Assembly (NCBI GenBank): GCA_012295275.1
Contig: CM022676.1
Span: 2,976,001 to 3,040,000 of the forward strand
DNA from: Chrysomallon squamiferum
Lineage: Eukaryota; Animalia; Mollusca
Reading direction: 5' to 3'
DNA: 64,000 nucleotides
How positions within the stretch are numbered: the first letter of the stretch is position 1; each line of letters begins with the position of its first letter. The notes below the pieces were generated by a model. It did not search any database. It saw only the letters and a program-made list of their open reading frames with translations, and was not told where the DNA came from. The position numbers and the translations under genes are program-made. Positions 54,557 to 64,000 of this stretch are shown here, one piece after another.

Positions 54557-57075
54557 CTTGAAAATGAAAAATGAAACATTGAATATAGAAATATTTTAAA
54601 TGTATAAATACTAAGTTTTACCATTATAAATTATTTATTCCCAGACTGAAGAAAATGGAGATTTAACCTTTTTATTTAATTTTTTGTATTTATTAGTAAT
54701 ATTAAATATGTTGTTAATCTTAATATTAGTAAAAAAAAAAGGTTGTATAACAAAACATGACTTGCTCAAGTGGCATATAGGTAAAAATAATTATTTTAAG
54801 ATTGTGAGTTGAACAAAATAAAAGTTTTATTTTCGAAAGATTTCTTTTACTTTGTGACATTTATGTGGAATACAGTTCTTTGAATGAATTTTCTAAATGG
54901 TTTCATAATGGTATGAATAAAAAGAGTATTAAAAACTAAAAAATATTGTACTTTGCGTTATAATTTGGCATGTAGATTATCATAAAATTCTCTTACCATC
55001 AGATTTTAACTCTTTTTTTTATTTATTATTTTTATTTTAGTTGATTTATTACTAATATTATATCCATTGTTAATCTTAATATCAGTAATAGGATTGTAGG
55101 ACGAAACACCAGTCGCTGAAGTGACACATAAGTACAGATGTTATTTTCTGAATGTCAGTTTTACAAAATATTTAGGCAAAGATTCCATTTACCTTGTGAA
55201 AATCTTTACCATCAGATGCATAATTATGTTCGTATTCCTGTACCATTAACAAAGCAAATGTACAATTTACATTGTGGTTCTAAGGCTTTAAAGTTATACA
55301 AAATAGAAGATAGATATTGATAATGCACTGTTCTTGAAGAGCTGGCCGAAGAATGGATGTTTTAAAATTTTGGTCAAATTTGGATATTTACAAAAACTGT
55401 CAGTTATAAAACTAATGTACTGCACCGTGTGAAAAAAAAAAAAAAAATGAATAAAACATTTATGTTTTGAAAATAAACTTTTAAAAAGGAAGCAGGAGCT
55501 TACTTATGTAGAGTGAGGCGTGAACATTTGACATCCAGTGCTAAAAATAATCACAGATTTGGATTCCTTAGATATTTAGATAAATACCTTTCCTGCATCT
55601 CTAACAGACTGCTGGTTACTGAGAAATGTCGGTCCAAAGACTGGTGGGTAGGGCCCATTTTGACCACAAATATAAAATGTGAATCAGCTGGGTTACAATC
55701 ACTGGCTGAATTGACACAGACCGAAAATGAAGTGATACTAAAGCATAAATACGTGTTTCTATTAAATCATTTCGCACCCTGCTGTAAGTTGTTGTTGTTT
55801 TTTTTTTTTTACAGAAATATATTTAGTTGCATATATGTTCATTGTTTCAAAAAATCGTTTAAAGATAACAACATACTAGGGATAATGAACATTGGTTTTA
55901 GACCAATACCACTGTTCTTGTTTTGCAATTCATACAAAAATACGCCTGTACAGTGTTATTTTAATTAATCACAACAGTATGTAAACCAGTCTGCCTAAGG
56001 AATTTTCATGTTTTTATTCTCTTTCATGATTATTTTTATGTATTTTGTGTAACCGTCAAAAACATGACTTGCTCATCAAAACCGTCAAAGTACTAATTTT
56101 GACCAAACATTCGACGTTTAAACGATGCAGAAATGTTCAACCCTCAACCATCATCTATAAATAGACACACTGCTTTGTCCAGTGGATATATCACCAGCCA
56201 GTCATAAAGCAGACACTGTGGTATCACAATATTAAATGAATCAGTACTTAGTATTGTAATACATAAATAGATATGACAGAAGAATAATGTACATTTCAGT
56301 TTTTGAAGAAACACATTCATTCATATTTAAGAAACTAACTAAATAACAAAATAAATAAGACCCCACTCAAATTAATTCGATCATAAACATACATACACAC
56401 ACAGACATACACACATATGTACAGACTGATCTTTTCATACTTCAGAGACTAATTTCGAATAAATCAGATGTTACAGGAGATGCGTATAATTCCTGAAAAT
56501 TTCAGAAATTATGTTTAATGAGTGAACATTTTAGGAATCACATATATTTGAGCAGCATTTGATGTAAATTATCACTTTGAAACATCTAACAAGACAGAAT
56601 GCTTATTCAAGTCGTATGAGAATACTTGTTAATTACTTGAAACATATCTAAGTATTAAGTGTTACAAATACCAGCATAAATGTTCTGCAAAAGAGATTAG
56701 CGATCAAAACATTTGAGTTTGTCAAGTATAAATGTCCCTCGCTTTTAATTATATACTTTCAATTACTGAGCTGCAAGATAAGTTCTCAGACAGCCTTTTT
56801 TCAAGACTTATGAGCACAACAAGAGAATTATAGAAAAAGATGTGTGGCAAGATTGTCAGTAAGATATAGGAAGCCGCCAGTGTTTCCAAGACGATTTCGC
56901 TATAATAAAATATTCTCAAGAAGTATGAAGTTTTTCAGTGCTGTCACAGTGAAAACTGATAAAACGACCTGAGCAAACAGATGTAGCTCCTCTTTACTTC
57001 CTGTCACCTGAAGAGACGTATGATGCAGTTAAATGTGCCGTAGTGTAACCCACCGAAGCATTCATTGCGCCACAG

Positions 57076-57112
57076 GGCTATAAAAGAGCGTGTTTTTGGG
57101 GGTAGTTAGGAA
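57076..57112 (+). promoter_or_regulatory. TATA box with Inr-like element in a GC-richer island
   Basis: gggcTATAAAAgag at 57079-57085 and TAGTT about 25 nt downstream. No associated gene identified. Confidence 0.4.
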
Positions 57113-58019
57113 CTCTGCGACGGACACGCCCGCTGACCTGTCAGAAAGCGTGCCCGTCGTAGACGTGCCTCACAACAGCTTGCTCTGATTAGCACGTTCA
57201 TTTTGTTCAAGGTTTCAAGGTAGTTAGGAAATAACAATACAACTAAATCGCTTTTTGGACTCTAATTTTTCAGTCGTGACTGAAATTAAGATCTTTTTTA
57301 TTATTATTATTATTCTTGAACAAAAAAAATATTAATAATTATTATTATTATTATTTTTTTTTTTTTTTTGCATACATTAGTATATTGGAACTGTATTTTT
57401 CACTAAAGTAAATGGTGTTTTATATATGGGTCACTGCAGACTAGTGCTTGATATCGTTAATTCATTTGGTCTAAAACATACCGAGTTACATATCTATCTA
57501 TTGTTTTTTCGTTTTTTCAATTAATTCTGAAAATTCCTCTTAATCACCACAAACATGACACATATATCACATCTAACTAAGAATACATTTCTTTAGTTTT
57601 GCTGTCATTCTTTCTTATTAAGTTCGTACTTTGATTTTAAAGATGTATCATGTTTAGTTTGATGTTTTAAAATAATCCACTTTTAATGAGTAACTGCTAA
57701 TACACTTTTAAATTCATTAGTAAATTAGGAACTGTTGTTATTAAATATTTTAAAACAAAATTTTGCAAGATATATGTTTTTTTATTATTTCTTTTTTAGT
57801 CAATTACTATAAAACAAACACGAGAAAGAATGAAAATATAAATTCTCAAGAAAAAAAAAAAAAGTTTCCTTTATTGCAAGTTAAGTAGATTAAAAATAAA
57901 AGTTACATTTTCAATCAGGTTACCATTAAAATGTGTACTGAATATGTATGAAATAATTTTTTGGTAATTTCTTTACGATAGAATAAAACTGTCAATCTCA
58001 TACATACAACTATAATTAC

Positions 58020-58325
58020 TTACATTTACTATTACGATATTACTGTCATCTCCTCCATATAAAGCCTGACATTTCCATTCTATTCCAATTTCACTGAAGT
58101 GGATATTATGTATTGTTAAGTTGTATATAATACATTCAGAACATGTGTAGTTGTATTCTGGTACCAGGTCTCCATCACAACTTGTACCTGATCCTTGGAC
58201 TAGAAGGGTATTAACCCCATCCCGATTCCAAGCTATTCAAGTTTTATTGCTTCCAGTATTACACGTAAGTGTCAATGATGATCCTTTTAGAACTGTGTCT
58301 TCAGATGTTTTTACGACCTACTGAC
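58020..58325 (-). pseudogene. Disabled Ig V/I-set-like domain exon
   Basis: tttcag|GQ*VVKTSEDTVLKGSSLTLTCNTGSNKT*IAWNRDG...SCDGDLVPEYNYTCSECIIYNLTIHNIHFSEIGIEWKCQALYGGDDSNIVIVNV, with two in-frame stops. The 3' boundary is approximate. Confidence 0.8.
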
Positions 58326-60532
58326 CTGAAATAACGTAGTAAGACCGTGTGAATGAATATGACTGTTTTTTTGTGTGTTTTTTTAAAGTGTTTTGGCTTA
58401 TTCATACTATTTTTATTTTGGTTTAATGTCAATAAAATTGGTTTTCTTTTTCTTTCGTTTTTTATTTATTTTTCAAAAACAGAAACGAAATAATAATAAT
58501 AATAAATAAATAAAATAAAATAAAATAAACAATTAAATAAAAACATGAAAATCTGTCCTTAATTGATATCCAATGTATCATTAATGCAACAATGTAAGAC
58601 TTTTATTTTTAACAAAATTTCAACACATTCAGATCACTTCTGACCCAGTTCATACTATACATGATTTTATATATCATCACAATCATATATATATATATAT
58701 ATATATTGATAGTATTGGGTTTCAGTTTTGCTATCCGGCTGTAATAAATGAGAGCACAGTTATGTATGTTTTTTATAATTTTCTTTAATTAAAATTTCAA
58801 CAGATGATTTTTTTATTATTATTTTTAGTTTTTTTTTTATTATTATTTTTATTTATTTATTTATTTTGTTTTGTTTTGTTTTATTATTATTATTATTTGT
58901 TAATAAAAGCGTCATCCGCTAAACTAAAATTGTCAGATTAGATCGCTGTGAAAAAGCGTAATGGAAGTAATAATTATTTGAAACATGTAGGAATGTTTTC
59001 TGACTTAAAAAAAATGACATGTTTTAACTCACCTAAAGTACTTTTAGGACATGCAGTGCATACAACAATTAGGATAATTTCCAATTTCATAATCTTCATA
59101 ATCTGTCAAACAGAAAAACCAACATGCAATGTTTATGGTGAAAACTATAAATTACTCAGACCATAATGATGAGAATTAGAACTGGTATATTTGCATATAA
59201 ATCATATTTAGGATCAAACACAGGTTTTAACCTGACTGATTCAGATTCTGATAAAAATTGTTTTACATTTAAATATCACACTCTACATTTATTAGATCAA
59301 TACTTCGGGAAATGTCGTCCTGCAGAAATTATGTTTTTGGTCGAATCTTTAGACAACAAATCTTTAGACCATGAAATTTTACCAACTAAATTTTATTATA
59401 ATCTGTGCCAATCAACTTAAAGGGCATTTTATGTTATTTGGTCCATTACAATTGAAAATAAAAACTATTAAATTTACACTGTGTAAAATATGAACATTTT
59501 TTGGCTTGCGTGAGATCCTGTTTTCGTCAGTATTTTAAATTAAAAATCCACAATAAAGAAAAGCTTTACCACAGACACAGACACCTTTGAACCCATATTG
59601 TTTTTGCATAAAAATGCTGATCTTGAATTATCTCACTATTTCATTTATTTTAATAAGAAATGAAAAGTCATGTCAATAACATTTTTTATAATTATTATTT
59701 ATTTTTTTTTTTTTTTATTATTATTATTATTTTTTTTTTATTATTATTATTTTGCGCAAGATTAAGCAAAATGCAACATTCAGAAAAACAAATATAGCAG
59801 CTTTACTCATATGATTCGAAAACTTTTAACGCCTAGTTTCTAGAACTATTTACATTTTTTAGTGATAAAATAAACCATTAAAAATAGTACTGGAGTCCTG
59901 GAGTACTAGCATATGCTATCTATATAAGATTAATGATAGTTCAACACCTGAATGTACAACAAATTTCCTTTTTGATAAAAAAAAAAATGTCCAAAGAAAA
60001 ATGAATGTTTTCATTCATCTTGTGGAACTCAACCACTGAGTTGATATTACTAAATCAAAGAATTTGATGAAAACAAAATGAGTAGTACAGTGTCAGGTAA
60101 AGTAGAAAATACATCATGTAAGTGTCAATTTATGCATTTCTAAAACCTCGGTTAGTTAGTTGAGCGTAACAATAGTCAAAAGTGTTTACAACGCTTTTAA
60201 CGAAACTGGTCTGACGTCATCTAGAATGACCTCATAATATTGGCACTAACATTAACGCAAAATAAATATAATCCAAGTATTAACTTAGTTGACATAAACA
60301 GATATATTACATATGCATATATAGATCTTTCTTTTATAATTTCCCAACAAGCTCCCATTTCGTATACTATTTCCTTCAAATTCCTCTTTAGTACGATCAA
60401 ACAGCGGGTTTCGGGGTACAATTCGAACGCTTACCTATCATTATATTGTATTTATAAATAAGGACAGAGAATAATATTTGCTCATGTCCCTGTAGTATAT
60501 TTCTTACAGTGATTTACAAATCATTTCCTTGT

Positions 60533-60585
<53 letters not shown>

Positions 60586-60728
60586 TCACCAAATTTTGTT
60601 CTATTTTACTACAAGACGCAACATTCAAGGCTACCTTTAATACCGGAATACGTTTGTGACGAGTCTAATTCTTTTGCAGGGAATACAATCATATTATCAT
60701 GCAGCAAGTTTGAATTATCGGTACGGTG

Positions 60729-60769
<41 letters not shown>

Positions 60770-61071
60770 TTTTTTTTTACTTTTTTTTTATTTATTCATT
60801 ATTAATTTGTTTATATAAAATAATATCTGTAATATATGCAGACATTTTCTAAGCCATACTGAACTTTAGGCACTGACACTGTGACATTCATGTAACTGTC
60901 TGTGTCCAATGGAATGGAATCATTTTCAGTTATTTCATGAAATGATCGGCGCATGCTTGTAGAAATTGCGTGAAATGGATGAATATTTTATACAGATTGA
61001 CTGCAACACACGTTAGTACCTGCATCTATAACTTTAAGTGGTCTGTGTCTCATCTTTTATCGAACGTTTTC

Positions 61072-61140
<69 letters not shown>

Positions 61141-61149
61141 ATAATTTTG

Positions 61150-62418
61150 AACCCTAATGAATGAAATTAACACTGGGACGAGAATATTTTAATGAGGAAC
61201 AAGGTGAAGGTCGAACATTTCATTTTAACGCAGGATATCAGTTACGAGTAAAGCGTGAAAAGAAAACACAGCGGTATGTAAATTTGCCTGCCTTTTTAGT
61301 GCCAGTACATTTTTTTTAAATTATTACTTATGTTTTTTAAACTAGAAAAATAAAATAAAATAATACAATGTAAAAGGAAACAGTTCCGATCGTTCTGTTC
61401 GCTTAACTTTTTAGTGACTTAGACGCAGCATGTATCTGCTGGCGGTTATATGGAAAACAGCCGCTTGGTTTGTAATGGAAATTTACGAAAAAAAGACATG
61501 TTTATTATTATTATTTGTTTGTTTGTTTATTCATTTATTTGCGTGTGTGTGGGTTAACAGAAATTACCTTTTTATTAATTATTATTTTTGTTTTCACTCA
61601 TTATTTGTTTTGTACCAATATGATGACGAATAAAAGAATTTTTATAATTATAGTTGCAGTATTAGGCATAAACAATTATAATAATGCAAGAATAACATAC
61701 ACTAGGTATAGGCACCTTCAGCCTAATCTTTAATTAATTCAATTTAGTAGCAATACTGTGTTTATGATAAAAAATTCAGTGTAAAGCGGCTCATTTTGAT
61801 TCAGTCTTGGCTGCATATTTGGCTAAAATTAAGAGTTTTATATTTCACACGAAATTATTTTATATGACAAAACAGTGCTTTTATTAAATAAAGTTTTATG
61901 CTCAGCTTAAAGTGTATCAAATATACATCATGGATAAACATAAAGATATCTATGGCTCATGATTTCATTTTTTTTTTTTTTAACAGATTTCATTTATTTA
62001 TTTTTTTTTTTTTTTTAATGATGCAAACTAATAGGAGTAGTTTTGTGCTGTTTCCGCACTGTTGCTATTTTGAAGAAATGATGCAAACTAGATTTGGTTT
62101 CACATATTCATGTAAATATATTTTGGAGATATGTAAAAGAAATTAGAATGCATATTCAGAATAGTCCCATAAAAATCGAGGTTTCTTCAAAATGGCAAAA
62201 GTGCACAAACGGCAGCAAAATATTCATAAAAAAAAGTAACTAAAAAATCATAAATATGGAACTGTTTGATTGACAACTTTGAACTGTTTAACACTGAAAC
62301 CAGGAAAAAATAAAAATAAATAAATAAATAACAATAATAATAAAAATAAAAGAAAGATTTTCAATTACGATTGTGAGAAAACATTTTATTCCCCAAACAG
62401 AAAATCACTTTTGGGTAC

Positions 62419-62504
<86 letters not shown>

Positions 62505-62685
62505 CTTAATGAACTGATTTAACACTGTGGCGAAATCATTTTGAAGAGGGGCAAGGTGAAGGTCGAACATTTTATTTTAGGCATGCTACCAGTGTGGAAT
62601 AAAGCGTGAAAAAAACACAATTTTTACATGGATTTTTTATTTTTTATTATTATTATTATTATTATTTTTTTAGTGCTAGTAACTC

Positions 62686-62731
<46 letters not shown>

Positions 62732-62780
62732 CTTGCAACGCTAAATGAAATAAATATTTAAAGGAATTGTTTACGATCGC
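61150..62780. repeat. Diverged direct repeat pair (~61150-61400 and ~62500-62780)
   Basis: Shared aacactg.g.cga...caaggtgaaggtcgaacattt...taaagcgtgaaaa.aaacaca...tttttagtgc.agta. Confidence 0.7.
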
Positions 62781-64000
62781 AAATATATGTAATCGCACAG
62801 GTGCTCACGGTATCGTGGTATGTACATGTTATCGGTTTAGTACGCGCAACATTTACCATACACGCATACATTTCTGCTCAGACAGCTATCCGAATGTTTT
62901 CTGGTTGTTGACAATAAAATGATGCTATACATGGTCACATTGTTACTATAAATAGAACGCACGACCTCTAGAAAAGTACGGAATCTTTTAAGTGCCATGC
63001 TCGTATTTATTGACAATTGAAACAAGAAGGATAACTTTTAATATGTTCTATTGTTGGTTTCACTGAATAAATATTGATTATACAACTGTTGAATCTTACT
63101 AATACGATGAACAATTAAAAAGAAAATAATAATAATAACAGGATGTAGGTTTTCCCTAGAAATTTGGCAAGGCATGGTAGACATTTTGGGGGCATTCAGG
63201 GCACCTTTTTGCATTAAAGACAAAAAAAAAAAAAAAAAATTAGATTAGTGTTTTTGCTTTAATAAATGAATGACTAAATATATTATAGATATATTTATTG
63301 AATTATTAATACATTTTTTTTTTAATGTGTCTGACTTCTGTAAGGACTGAATAGTCTCTCAATCATATAAAACTGAATAAACCTTTTTTCACCTATCAAA
63401 CTTGTCAAATCAGCCAACACTCTTTTTCAGTATTATAAATTGGTTGCCAGAAATGTATCACAAAGGTGTATCACATCAGTGGATGTTCACAGTTTTGTTT
63501 GTTCTGTTACTGAAATGGAAGGTTGAAGGTTAGTTAAATGTATCAATATTGCTATATATGAAGTAAAACAAAACAAAAAACACAAACAGTATGAAAATAT
63601 GTGTTAGTAATCATCAACAGTATTTTTTTAATTTAAAATATAAATACCCTTCTTTCAAAGAACAACAGATGTACAGTTCCAGAAGTAGACCTATTTTAGG
63701 CCAAAACTTAAAAATAGGTGAATTTGTTTTAAAGAAAAGGACCATTATCTGATAAACCAATGAATCAAGCAAATCAAAAAGTAAAAATTAAATTTTTATT
63801 TGAAACACCAGAAAGTGAAGAAGTAAATAATGAAAATAAATATACTAAAAATACAACAGTTATGTATCTTTATAATTCCAGTATGATGGTAATGTCTACT
63901 AAGAATCAATGAATAATTTTATTTTTTGCATATTCTTTTACTTTTTCTCTTCTATTTTTTTTTTATTTTTTTTTTTTTTTTATTTTTTATTTTTTTATTT

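Noticed and set aside
55513-55968. 151-aa ORF and a possible hAT-like end (tcgcaccctg) at ~55780
   Set aside because: No recognisable protein motif, GTG start, and no matching second terminus or TSD found.
58948-59420. Adjacent 72-aa and 84-aa ORFs
   Set aside because: No domain signature or splice pattern; consistent with chance ORFs in AT-rich DNA.

Overview
AT-rich, microsatellite-dense eukaryotic (invertebrate, plausibly molluscan; an inference from style only) genomic DNA with a 200-N scaffold gap at 31058-31257. Left half: a tandem array of BTB-BACK-PHR-like genes (BTBD1/2/3/6 family, putative Cullin-3 adaptors), namely one 3' partial copy and three intact copies with two coding exons each (460, 453, 453 aa). 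The copies are sequence mosaics with a hypervariable C-terminal domain. Between them lie degenerate collagen (Gly-X-Y) exons, a ~500-700 bp degenerate repeat family carrying perfect heat-shock-element matches, and DNA-transposon relics (hAT MITE, hAT, MULE, pogo). Right half: a ~17 kb higher-order satellite whose monomers carry AG-[9 nt]-GTGAG cassettes reading Gly-Pro-X and which runs into collagen-like exons. Beyond it are an opposite-strand BTB pseudogene decapitated at a microhomology, two disabled Ig-domain exons, and a TATA + hairpin island. Most short ORFs in the track are microsatellite artefacts. All family assignments come from motif recognition by eye; no searches were run.
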